A stretch of DNA of 32,000 nt. Source: Chlamydiota bacterium (GTDB lineage Bacteria > Auribacterota > JACPWU01). The notes under the pieces were generated by a model. It was not told the origin of the DNA. It did not search any database and saw only the letters and a list, made by a program, of their open reading frames with translations. Where the stretch lies: contig JACPWU010000053.1 in assembly GCA_016196885.1 (NCBI GenBank), positions 1-32,000 of the forward strand. Reading direction: 5' to 3'. Positions 1 through 7,621 of this stretch are shown in pieces (within the stretch, counting starts at the first letter, position 1; each line of letters starts with the position of its first letter). Both the position numbers and the translations under genes were made by a program.

Positions 1-993
1 ACTCTTCAAAACCTCCACCTCATGGATAAAGTCTTGAAGAACCTTCTGAAGATCATACTTCCTTCTTTGGAATAAATGATCAATGCAGGGCTGAATGAAT
101 CTCACATAAGGGATGAGGAACAAGGCCAGTGCCCCGGCGACGAGCGCAAAGGGAAGGACGGAAAGGTTCATCAGCCAAGGTCTGGCCAGATAAAAGAGTC
201 CCACAACCGGAAGAGTCACCCCGCAAGACATCACCAGCCATAAAATAGTTTTGTGGATGACGGTGGTGATGTCCAAAAGACGATGCTTGATGATGGCATA
301 ACTTATGCTTGCCAAGAGGGTTCCCACCAACATGTAGCCAAAAGGATAAAATTCAACTCCGTAGGTGGGAATGAAGTCAATCGCTCCGACAACGGCAATC
401 ACAAACGCCCAGAAAACAAATCGAATCCTGGCTTGATCCAATCCGGCATGTTGCTTTATCCTACAGGCTCTATAGAGATTGAATAATCCACGCCCATAAA
501 CGAGCGCGAAGAAGAAAAGAAATATTGTTTGAAAAAAACCTGCCTTGGCATAAAAACCCCACCGGTGTTGATAAAGGCCCTTGACGAACCAATCTGTAAA
601 TGTTGACACTATTAAGAAAAGGGCACTTAGCCAATAACACCCCTTTAAGAATGTTTTCTGAGTTTTAATATCAAGAAGCGCAACCGTAATGTGGTAAAAA
701 ACAGTAGGAATAAAAATAACTCCAAGATAAACAAACTTTGTCCAGAAATACGCTTCCTTAGGATCAGGAGTTGAGAAGATGATTGCATAACCAAACAACC
801 AGAGGGCAATACAGAACCACAGGAGTCCAAAAGCGATGTTGGTTTGAGAATTTCTATTTTTCAGATAAATATAAAATCCCGTCAGAGAGAAAAGGATTGA
901 GGCAACCAAATGTTGGATCGAGACAAATGTGGGTGGGTGAGAAGAGAATGAGTAGAGGGCAGCTGTAAGGCAGCTTCCCAGAAAAGCAGTCAT
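1..993 (-). CDS. polytopic (about 7-TM) membrane sensor N-terminal domain protein; C-terminal part lies beyond the window edge
   Basis: Absent from the ORF track because it has no in-window stop. I checked every triplet of this frame from 1053 down to 1 and found no stop. ATG at 993-991. The translation MTAFLGSCLTAALYSF...LLWFCIALWLFGYAIIF... gives successive hydrophobic helices, then the linker RFIQPCIDHLFQRRKYDLQKVLQDFIHEVEVLKS. That layout matches 7TM-receptor type kinases/cyclases. Family call is by resemblance only. Confidence 0.6.
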   Translation of the reverse strand, partial: MTAFLGSCLTAALYSFSSHPPTFVSIQHLVASILFSLTGFYIYLKNRNSQTNIAFGLLWFCIALWLFGYAIIFSTPDPKEAYFWTKFVYLGVIFIPTVFYHITVALLDIKTQKTFLKGCYWLSALFLIVSTFTDWFVKGLYQHRWGFYAKAGFFQTIFLFFFALVYGRGLFNLYRACRIKQHAGLDQARIRFVFWAFVIAVVGAIDFIPTYGVEFYPFGYMLVGTLLASISYAIIKHRLLDITTVIHKTILWLVMSCGVTLPVVGLFYLARPWLMNLSVLPFALVAGALALFLIPYVRFIQPCIDHLFQRRKYDLQKVLQDFIHEVEVLKS

Positions 994-1053
994 CAATAGC
1001 TTAGAATATCTAACCGACCCGCTCGTAATCTTTCTCCTTAAAAGGGTGGAAGA

Positions 1054-1230
1054 CTAAGGGATCTCAATCATGCCTTTAGAAAAATCAAGGATGACTTTTG
1101 CTTTCTTTAGAAAATCCAGACCCAGAAGACCCTCGATCGTACTTTCGGGAGGAAGATTGTGACAAATGTGAGAGATCTTAACCTTGCTCAAGATAATTCC
1201 AAATCGCGTATCGAGTTTAAACGTCCCCAT
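1054..1230 (-). CDS. 58-aa ORF resembling the C-terminal half of a retropepsin-like (clan AA) aspartic protease
   Basis: ATG 1230-1228, TAG 1056-1054. Sequence: MGTFKLDTRFGIILSKVKISHICHNLPPESTIEGLLGLDFLKKAKVILDFSKGMIEIP. The GLLGLDFL...ILDF..G.IEI tail is typical of bacterial retropepsin-like domains. The catalytic D-T/S-G half is missing. Below the ORF-track size cut-off. Confidence 0.35.
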   Translation of the reverse strand: MGTFKLDTRFGIILSKVKISHICHNLPPESTIEGLLGLDFLKKAKVILDFSKGMIEIP

Positions 1231-1233
1231 GGA

Positions 1234-1479
1234 CTAAAGCCCTTCTAAAAAGGCAGCCACATCCCCTTGAGGGAGTTTGTCTTCGGAGTACTCGACGAGA
1301 ATATTGCGTCTCTCGCGTAGGGAAAAGAGGTTGTGATAAACTTCGTCTCTGTGCGGGCTGTGTGAAAGGACTCTGCCGGAAATGGGCGTGGTTGTAGACT
1401 CATCCATTTTGTCAACAACGATCAAAAGCCATCCGCGATGGTATCTTTTCTTGATGGTATCAATAAGCTCGGCCTTCAT
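1234..1479 (-). CDS. small hypothetical protein (81 aa), possibly DUF5678-like
   Basis: Track ORF with ATG at 1479. It ends 3 nt before the next small ORF. The motif RYHRGWLLIVVD...GRVLSHSPHRDEVY loosely resembles small antitoxin-like DUF5678 proteins. No strong SD. Confidence 0.4.
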   Translation of the reverse strand: MKAELIDTIKKRYHRGWLLIVVDKMDESTTTPISGRVLSHSPHRDEVYHNLFSLRERRNILVEYSEDKLPQGDVAAFLEGL

Positions 1480-1660
1480 TCCTCATTTCTAACATGAAAG
1501 AGGAGGTCGGGTCAAGGAGGTTATACTCACCAAAAAGTGATAAAATTGCATCCCATCGAAATTATAAATCCAGCATTTAAAAGTGTGTCTTTTATTCATG
1601 CGGGTGACGCTCGATGGGGTGCCCCACCGAGCGTCAGCAGGTCGAGACATCGGCTTTGCA

Positions 1661-1866
1661 TTAACGCGACAATTCTACCGAGACCGATGCCGTCGGTGGG
1701 GCTATCGAGCGGCAGGACCCGCTACCTCTTTAAAGGGTCGAAGAAAGTTTGCGAAATGAGCGTCCTCAATTGCTTTACGCGATACAGCCCGGTAGCTCTG
1801 GTACTTCTCCACAACAAAGGATTGATCTTCCTTACTCCAATAAATAACGAGTTCATAACGATACAT
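1661..1866 (-). pseudogene. HicB-like antitoxin remnant, frameshifted
   Basis: ATG 1866-1864 follows AAGGTGA. The first frame reads MYRYELVIYWSKEDQSFVV. The hallmark EVPELPGCIA continues in a second frame and hits TAA, then KAIEDAHFANF resumes in the first frame. At least two 1-nt indels are implied. No hicA partner is present. Confidence 0.4.
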
Positions 1867-1915
1867 GGACTCACCTTTCCATCTCCTATTTCACCTGAAT
1901 CATCAAAGAGTGGGA

Positions 1916-3724
1916 TCACCCCGTCTTTTTCCTCTTCAGAGCCTTGCGGCGCTTGGCCCGCTCTTGATGGAGCATGATGAGTTCGGGGGCGATCTCGGTC
2001 AACAATTTCACGGCCTTTCTTTCAATTTCTTGGGCAGAGGTTAAACTCAAAACCTCTCGAGCCAATTGCTGAACAACGGAAAAATGAACGGAGCGAATGA
2101 TTTTTTTGATTTCGGGAACGGCGGAAGGACTGGTGCTCAATTCATCCAAGCCCAATCCCAATAGAATCAAGGCCATCGCAGGATCACCCGCCATCTCCCC
2201 GCACATCCCCACCCAAATATCGGCCTCGTGGGCTGCCTCAATCACCATTTGAATGAGCCTCAGAACAGCCGGATGTGCTGGCTGATAGAGATGGGCAATT
2301 TTTTCGTTCACCCGATCTACGGCCAAAGAATATTGAATCAGATCATTCGTCCCAATGCTGAAAAAATCTACATGCTTGGCCAAGACATCCGCGGTTAAAG
2401 CTGCGGAGGGAATCTCGATCATGGCTCCCACCTCGACTTGATCGTTGAAGGGAACACCTTCTTTCTTCAACTCCCCTTTTACATCTTTCAAAACTTCATT
2501 GGCGCGAATCAATTCATCCAGGCCCGAAATCATGGGATACATCAATTTGATATTTCTAGAGGTGCTGGCCCTTAAAATAGCCCGCAATTGAACTTTAAAA
2601 ATATCCAAGCGTTCTAGGCAAAATCGAATGGCCCGCCATCCGAGGAAGGGGTTCATCTCCCTAGGGATTTCAAGATGAGAGAGAAATTTATCTCCGCCTA
2701 AATCCAGCGTTCGAACAATCACATCATGCGGCCAAACCTTCTTGGCCACCTCTTGATAGGCCTTAAAATGTTCCTCTTCTGTGGGTAAATCAGAACGATT
2801 CATGTAAAAAAATTCTGTTCGATAAAGCCCGACGCCATGGGCCCCATGCTCTAACACCGAATGAATGTCCTCTGGCATTTCAATGTTCGCAGAAAGCGTG
2901 ATTTCATGACCATCTAATGTTTTGGCCGTTAAATCTTTTAACACCGCGAGCTTGTTTTCAAAAACAACAACCTTTTGGCGCTCCTGTTTATAACTCGCAA
3001 GGGTGGATTTGGAAGGATTGACAATCACCACCCCCCGATTTCCATCGAGGATGATGGTCTCTCCCATCTTGAGCCGAGAACTCAAATCGTGAAGACCCAC
3101 CACGGCAGGAATCTCCAGGGACCGGGCCATGATCGCCGTGTGACTGGTTTTGCTTCCAATATCGGTCACAAATCCAATCACCCGCTCCTTGTGCATCAAG
3201 GCCGTGTCAGAGGGAGAAAGATCATAGGCTGCGACAATCATTTCCTCCGGCAGATGCACCAAATCCTCCCGCTTCTTTCCCGTAAGGTTGTGGAGCACGC
3301 GCCGGCTGACGTCTCGAATGTCGCTCGATCGCTCTTTTAAATATTCATCGTTGATCTGAGAAAAAATCTCACAATATTTTTTAATCACCTGCTGAAAAAC
3401 ATATTCGACATTGTATTGATCTTTTTCCAAACGCTTGATCACCTCTTCAATCAAAGCGCGGTCCTCAAGGACCATCAAATGGGCATTAAAAATCTGGGCA
3501 TGCTCGACATCCAGTTTTTGAGAAATCTGCCGCTGAATGTTGAGAATCTCACGGCGGGTGGCAATGAGCGCATCTTCAAAACGCGCAATCTCCTTAGGCA
3601 AATCCTCTTCGGAAATAGGCCTCTGTACGACAGAATCTTCTGAACTGTCGAAAATAAAGACCTTTCCGATCGCAATGCCCGGAGAAACCGCGATGCCTTT
3701 ATAGCTTTTTTCTTTGGTTTTCAT
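1916..3724 (-). CDS. ptsI: phosphoenolpyruvate-protein phosphotransferase (PTS enzyme I)
   Basis: Full-length EI-like sequence (GIAVSPGIAIGK..., TSHTAIMARSLEIPAVVG, GGDK, IGTNDLIQY). I start it at the ATG at 3724 (MKTKEKSYKGIAVSPG). The track extension to 3778 reads through hairpin HPH1. Confidence 0.95.
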   Translation of the reverse strand: MKTKEKSYKGIAVSPGIAIGKVFIFDSSEDSVVQRPISEEDLPKEIARFEDALIATRREILNIQRQISQKLDVEHAQIFNAHLMVLEDRALIEEVIKRLEKDQYNVEYVFQQVIKKYCEIFSQINDEYLKERSSDIRDVSRRVLHNLTGKKREDLVHLPEEMIVAAYDLSPSDTALMHKERVIGFVTDIGSKTSHTAIMARSLEIPAVVGLHDLSSRLKMGETIILDGNRGVVIVNPSKSTLASYKQERQKVVVFENKLAVLKDLTAKTLDGHEITLSANIEMPEDIHSVLEHGAHGVGLYRTEFFYMNRSDLPTEEEHFKAYQEVAKKVWPHDVIVRTLDLGGDKFLSHLEIPREMNPFLGWRAIRFCLERLDIFKVQLRAILRASTSRNIKLMYPMISGLDELIRANEVLKDVKGELKKEGVPFNDQVEVGAMIEIPSAALTADVLAKHVDFFSIGTNDLIQYSLAVDRVNEKIAHLYQPAHPAVLRLIQMVIEAAHEADIWVGMCGEMAGDPAMALILLGLGLDELSTSPSAVPEIKKIIRSVHFSVVQQLAREVLSLTSAQEIERKAVKLLTEIAPELIMLHQERAKRRKALKRKKTG

Positions 3725-3743
3725 GTTTTTCAAGATGTGCGCA

Positions 3744-3811
3744 TGTGCCAATGTGTCAATGTGCCAATGATAAAACACCTTATTTCATTGGCACATAGGC
3801 ACATAGGCACA
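3744..3811. repeat. unit-periodic intergenic hairpin HPH1 (8-nt units ATGTGCCA)
   Basis: Left arm atgtgccaatgtgtcaatgtgccaatga pairs with right arm tcattggcacataggcacataggcaca. About 27 bp with 2 mismatches and 1 G-T. Loop is roughly taaaacaccttatt. Lies between ptsH and ptsI. Confidence 0.85.
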
Positions 3812-3815
3812 GTCG

Positions 3816-4118
3816 TTACGCCTCCCCAAACTTCTTCAAAAAAACATCCTCTAACGCCTGAACAGCCAAAGCCGCATCATCTCCCTTGGCAATAATCTTA
3901 AGCCTTGTCCCCTTGGAAGCGGCCAGCATCATGACCCCCATGATGCTTTTTCCATTGACCTTCTCACCATTCTTCTCCAAAAAAATTTCCGAGTGAAAAC
4001 CATTGGCGACCTTGACCAGCATGGCCGCAGGACGCGCATGAAGCCCCAACTCATTTTGGACCAGAAGCTCCTTCACCACCCAACCCCTTTTTTCTTTTGA
4101 ATCTATTTCTCGGCTCAT
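3816..4118 (-). CDS. ptsH: phosphocarrier protein HPr
   Basis: His-15 motif GLHARPAA and Ser-46 motif NGKSIMGVM are present. The N-terminus is about 14 aa longer than usual. An internal GTG near 4079 preceded by AAAGGGG is an alternative start. Confidence 0.9.
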   Translation of the reverse strand: MSREIDSKEKRGWVVKELLVQNELGLHARPAAMLVKVANGFHSEIFLEKNGEKVNGKSIMGVMMLAASKGTRLKIIAKGDDAALAVQALEDVFLKKFGEA

Positions 4119-4119
4119 A

Positions 4120-5097
4120 CTAAGATTCTTTACGATGCACGATGTTCGACGTACGATGTACGGTTTTTTTTCTCATCTGTTCAATCAGCTCTTGGTTCAA
4201 ATCCCGGCTTGCATGATATCCCATCTTTCTCAAGCGTTGATTGAGAGCCGCCACCTCTACCAACAATGCCAAATCCCTTCCCGGCCTCACCGGGACCAAG
4301 ACATGAGGCAAATCCACATCAAAAAGGCGATAGAATTGTTCGTCCATTCCGAGCCGGTCATATTCTTTTTCTGATTTCCAATCCTCTAGACTCACGACCA
4401 GTTCTACTTCTTTTTCTTGCATGACACAACTGGCACCAAACAAGGTCTGAATATTGATAATCCCAAGTCCTCTCACCTCCAAGTGATGCTTCAGGAGAGG
4501 ATCGCCTGTCCCCAGGAGACGACCTCCCGCTGTGTACCGAACCCGCACCACATCGTCAGAGATCAAGCGATGTCCGCGCTCAATCAAACTTAAGGCGCAT
4601 TCGCTTTTACCCACCCCGCTTTCACCCCGAATCAAAACTCCCACTCCAAATACTTCCACCAAATCAGCACTCACGGCTAAAACGGCTGCAAAAATATCTT
4701 CTAGGAAAAGGGTGGCTTTATTCACCAAAATCATGGTAACAAGGGGAGAGCGAAAAACAGGAATTTCTTTTTTTTCTGCTTCCTCCACCAGTTCGGTGGG
4801 AGGAAGCATTTGCCGAGAAACGATGCAGCAAGGAACGTCTTGGTCCAGAAGTTCAATAATCCTGGAGCGGCGCAGTTGGGGATCCATGTTCTTGAGATAA
4901 ATGAGCTCCACTTTCCCCAACACCTGAACGCGACGACGAGCAAAGTAATCGAAATAACCCGCCAGCGCTAAGCCCGGGCGATTGACCTCTGCAACTTTGA
5001 TTCGACGCTTCAACCCGCCAAAGCCAGCGACCAGACGCAACTGCAGCGAATCCCGCGTCTTTTGAAAGAATTCCTCAACGGTGAATCCTTTACTCAA
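4120..5097 (-). CDS. hprK: HPr kinase/phosphorylase
   Basis: 325 aa with Walker A GESGVGKSE followed by LIERGHRLISDD and LEVRGLGIINI. TTG start overlaps the hpf stop (TTGA). The last 14 codons lie in a tandem 7-mer array. Confidence 0.93.
   Translation of the reverse strand: MSKGFTVEEFFQKTRDSLQLRLVAGFGGLKRRIKVAEVNRPGLALAGYFDYFARRRVQVLGKVELIYLKNMDPQLRRSRIIELLDQDVPCCIVSRQMLPPTELVEEAEKKEIPVFRSPLVTMILVNKATLFLEDIFAAVLAVSADLVEVFGVGVLIRGESGVGKSECALSLIERGHRLISDDVVRVRYTAGGRLLGTGDPLLKHHLEVRGLGIINIQTLFGASCVMQEKEVELVVSLEDWKSEKEYDRLGMDEQFYRLFDVDLPHVLVPVRPGRDLALLVEVAALNQRLRKMGYHASRDLNQELIEQMRKKTVHRTSNIVHRKES
4131..4163. repeat. one-armed 7-nt tandem array (TACGATG x4.7) inside the hprK 3' end
   Basis: TACGATG CACGATG TTCGACG TACGATG TACGG. 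I saw no complementary arm nearby. It encodes the hprK tail TVHRTSNIVHR. Confidence 0.75.
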
Positions 5098-5642
5098 ATC
5101 TTCACCTTCCCCACACGGGGCTCAATCAGGCCAAAATTCCCATCTTTCTTTTTATAGACTACATTCACCGACTCACTCTGAGCGTTCAAAAAAACCAAAA
5201 AGACATCATCTGATAATTTGAGTTGGGCCATGGCCTCCTCAGAAGACATGGGTTTGGTCGCAAATTTCCGAGCTCTGACAAGGTGGGGTTCATTCTCCTC
5301 CTCATCCATCTCGTCGCCATCACCAGAAGAAGTCTCAAATTCCTTCTCTTTGGTTCGATGAAATTGAAGCTTGTCCTTGTACTTTTTCAACTGGCGCTGA
5401 AGTTTGTCCATGACTTTGTCAATGGAAGCCATCACATCTTCCGTTTTCTCAGCCGCACGAATCCGCGTATGATGGACAAGAATCACCACCTCCACTTTAT
5501 GCTGATAGCGCTCAGAATCAAAAATGGCATGCGCCCCCGTGACCTTCGGAATATTCTTTGAAATGCGCTCAAGCTTTTCAACCAAATAAGACTTGGCCAT
5601 CTTGGACACTTCTTGATGCCGACTCGTAAATGTAATATCCAC
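5094..5642 (-). CDS. hpf: ribosome hibernation promoting factor, long form
   Basis: 182 aa. The N-terminal sigma-54-modulation/RaiA-like domain begins MDITFTSRHQEVS. An acidic linker and a C-terminal dimerisation-type domain (KPMSSEEAMAQL...FLVFLN) follow. GTG start preceded by AAGGAG. Confidence 0.88.
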   Translation of the reverse strand: MDITFTSRHQEVSKMAKSYLVEKLERISKNIPKVTGAHAIFDSERYQHKVEVVILVHHTRIRAAEKTEDVMASIDKVMDKLQRQLKKYKDKLQFHRTKEKEFETSSGDGDEMDEEENEPHLVRARKFATKPMSSEEAMAQLKLSDDVFLVFLNAQSESVNVVYKKKDGNFGLIEPRVGKVKI

Positions 5643-5663
5643 ACTTTTCTCCTTTGTAAAAAA

Positions 5664-5725
5664 AAGTTGTAAGTAAGAAAATAAACTCTTTTAAAACTTA
5701 GAACTTAAAACTTACAACTTAGAAC
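5664..5725. repeat. unit-periodic intergenic hairpin HPH2 (units ACTTANA, short left arm)
   Basis: aagttgtaag (5664-5673) pairs perfectly with cttacaactt (5711-5720). The right side is ACTTAGA ACTTAAA ACTTACA ACTTAGA. The loop contains AAAATAAACTCTTTTAAAACT, like HPH3/9/10. Confidence 0.6.
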
Positions 5726-5786
5726 TGCTTTTCTCAGTTGATCCTACTAGAAAAAGAAGCCACGCGTCAACTAGAACAGAACGGCA

Positions 5787-6509
5787 TTACATCGAAAATT
5801 TCTCGCCCAAATAAAGTTGACGCGCTTCAGGGTCATTGGCTAAAAATTCAGAAGTCCCCGATTTCAAAACCTTTCCTTCATAAATTAAATAAGTTCGATC
5901 CGTCACGGAAAGGGTTTCACGAACATTGTGATCCGTCAAAAGAATCCCCATGCCTTTTTTTCTTAACTTCTTCAAAATTTCCTGGACATCCAAAACAGCT
6001 ATAGGATCCACTCCTGAGAACGGCTCATCTAACATGAGAAAAGAAGGTTTCGTAACCAAGGCCCGTGTGATTTCAAGCCGGCGCCTTTCACCCCCTGAAA
6101 GGGTATAGGCCTTACGAGTTGCCAGGGACGTCAGTTGAAGTTCATCCATCAATTCTGCCACCCTCTTTTTTCTCTCAGAGCGGGACATGGGCAGCATTTC
6201 TAAAATGGCGAGAATATTTTCCTCGACGGTTAGGTTACGAAAAATCGATGGCTCTTGAGCCAGGTATCCCATCCCCAGCCGCGAGCGCGTAGACACGGGA
6301 ATTTTACTGATATCTCTTTGCCTAAAAAAAACCTTGCCAGCACTTGGAGAAATGAGCCCCACAATCATGTAGAAGGACGTGGTCTTCCCTGCCCCATTGG
6401 GCCCTAAAAGCCCCACAATCTCCCCCTCATTCACCGTGAGATTGACCTCATTCACCACTTTTTTACGGTGATAGGCCTTTACTAAATTTTCAGTTTGAAG
6501 AAGTTGCAT
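5787..6509 (-). CDS. lptB: LPS export ABC transporter ATP-binding protein
   Basis: 240 aa with Walker A GPNGAGKTT, signature LSGGERRRLEI and Walker B FLMLDEPF. Sits next to lptA/lptC. Confidence 0.92.
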   Translation of the reverse strand: MQLLQTENLVKAYHRKKVVNEVNLTVNEGEIVGLLGPNGAGKTTSFYMIVGLISPSAGKVFFRQRDISKIPVSTRSRLGMGYLAQEPSIFRNLTVEENILAILEMLPMSRSERKKRVAELMDELQLTSLATRKAYTLSGGERRRLEITRALVTKPSFLMLDEPFSGVDPIAVLDVQEILKKLRKKGMGILLTDHNVRETLSVTDRTYLIYEGKVLKSGTSEFLANDPEARQLYLGEKFSM

Positions 6510-6533
6510 GCTTGTTTTCCCTCACGTGAAAAC

Positions 6534-6613
6534 GGTCGTGAGTCGTGAGGGATGAGTCGTGAGTAAAAAATAAATACCTTAAAACTCACGACCCACGACC
6601 GACGACTCACGAC
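6534..6613. repeat. unit-periodic intergenic hairpin HPH3 (7-nt units GTCGTGA)
   Basis: Left arm: GTCGTGA GTCGTGA GGGATGA GTCGTGA GT. Reverse complement of right arm: GTCGTGA GTCGTCG GTCGTGG GTCGTGA GT. Loop: aaaaaataaataccttaaa. Lies between lptA and lptB. Confidence 0.9.
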
Positions 6614-6620
6614 TGTTTTC

Positions 6621-7109
6621 CTAAAGCCATCCCTGATCCTGAGCTGACTTCTGATCCGTAGAATATAAAATGAGCTTCGCACTCGGCTCTACCAGCATAC
6701 GGCTGTCATCTCGATAAAAAGTGATTTTATCTCCCGTAATGACATCTTCTCCTTTTTTGACCATGGGGTGCCCCGTCAACACCACTTTGCCATCTTTCTC
6801 TGTGTAAATCGCTTCTTCAGATTTAGCGCTTTTCTCTTCTTTGCGAAATCGAACATTCCCCTTTGCCAAGACTTTCTGAATGGTTTTTGTCCCGCTTTCA
6901 AAATACACCGTCATTTCATTCGCTGTCATTTTCATCCGCGGATCATCTACCACCACATCCTTGTGAAAAATCGCCATGTTCTTTTCATAATCCATGTTCA
7001 ACTCACCCTGACAGGTAATGGTGGTCTGAGGTGGGGTCTTCTCAGGAAAAGCCTGAACACAAATGGCCAAGAGAAACATCGCTATGAAAATACTTTTTTT
7101 TCTGTGCAT
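6621..7109 (-). CDS. lptA: LptA-like periplasmic LPS transport protein (OstA N-terminal fold)
   Basis: 162 aa. Signal peptide MHRKKSIFIAMFLLAICVQAF. Repeated beta-jellyroll-type pattern (MTANEMTVYF...AKGNVRF...LTGHPMVKKGEDVITGDKITF). Position is between lptC and lptB. Confidence 0.75.
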   Translation of the reverse strand: MHRKKSIFIAMFLLAICVQAFPEKTPPQTTITCQGELNMDYEKNMAIFHKDVVVDDPRMKMTANEMTVYFESGTKTIQKVLAKGNVRFRKEEKSAKSEEAIYTEKDGKVVLTGHPMVKKGEDVITGDKITFYRDDSRMLVEPSAKLILYSTDQKSAQDQGWL

Positions 7110-7120
7110 CTTTTTAATTC

Positions 7121-7621
7121 CTACATTTCCTTAAAAGCCTTCATTTCACTGGAATCCACCACCATCTTCACATTTTTATGAATGACCGCCGTCCTCTTCA
7201 GGGTCTCCCAATACATCCCTACCCCTGTGAGTTTGAAATCGCCTCGAGTAATTTCGACAGGGGCCTCGGTCCAAACATCTCGGGTATTTTTATCCACATA
7301 CCCGACAGAAGACTCAATGAAATAATCCGGTTCGTTTCTTCCATAGACAACCGCTCGAACAGGTCTTATCTCAATCTTATCATCGGATAAAAACTGGGCC
7401 TCATCTCCCTCCACCTTCCAGCGCTTTTCATTTTCAAAACCCGGCGAGACAAACCGAAAGCCCTGTGTGATTTGATCGCCGGTTGAACCTGTTTCGACGC
7501 CATTCACTAAAATCGGAAGAAAAAAAGAAGCACACAGCATACAGCGTACAGCGTACAAAATTAAAAGGCAAAAAGTTTTTCCGTCCGCTGTGCGCTGTAC
7601 GCTGAACGCTCTCTTAAACAT
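7121..7621 (-). CDS. lptC: LptC-like LPS export protein
   Basis: Synteny (kdsC-lptC-lptA-lptB) and a beta-rich body. I start it at the ATG at 7621, which overlaps the kdsC stop as ATGTTTAA. This gives MFKRAF...FCLLILYAVRCMLCASFFLPILV as the membrane anchor. Codons 7-31 coincide with hairpin HPH4. The alternative ATG at 7540 would leave too short an anchor. Confidence 0.6.
   Translation of the reverse strand: MFKRAFSVQRTADGKTFCLLILYAVRCMLCASFFLPILVNGVETGSTGDQITQGFRFVSPGFENEKRWKVEGDEAQFLSDDKIEIRPVRAVVYGRNEPDYFIESSVGYVDKNTRDVWTEAPVEITRGDFKLTGVGMYWETLKRTAVIHKNVKMVVDSSEMKAFKEM
7530..7609. repeat. unit-periodic hairpin HPH4 (7-nt units ACAGCGT)
   Basis: Left arm ACAGCAT ACAGCGT ACAGCGT AC pairs with right arm GT CCGCTGT GCGCTGT ACGCTGA. 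About 24 bp with a few mismatches. 26-nt loop aaaattaaaaggcaaaaagtttttcc. Begins 4 nt after the kdsC stop. Confidence 0.85.

Noticed and set aside
1537-1977. 146-aa plus-strand ORF, and the 65-aa minus-strand ORF at 1722-1919.
   Set aside because: The plus-strand ORF overlaps the ptsI 3' end and the hicB-like remnant. Both translations lack any recognisable pattern. The region is better explained by a frameshifted hicB relic.
3725-3778. N-terminal extensions proposed by the ORF track for ptsI (to 3778), hldA (to 14601), gmhB (to 13586), the CsgG-like gene (to 20874), the cyclase (to 17445) and the Gly-zipper gene (to 24656).
   Set aside because: The extensions read through hairpin or REP-like repeats, or begin at TTG/GTG codons without SD. 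Conserved N-terminal motifs or signal peptides begin at the internal ATGs that I used.
6482-6682. 66-aa minus-strand ORF spanning hairpin HPH3.
   Set aside because: It is made almost entirely of repeat-arm sequence (RIRSQLRIRD...) and overlaps both the lptB start and the lptA end.
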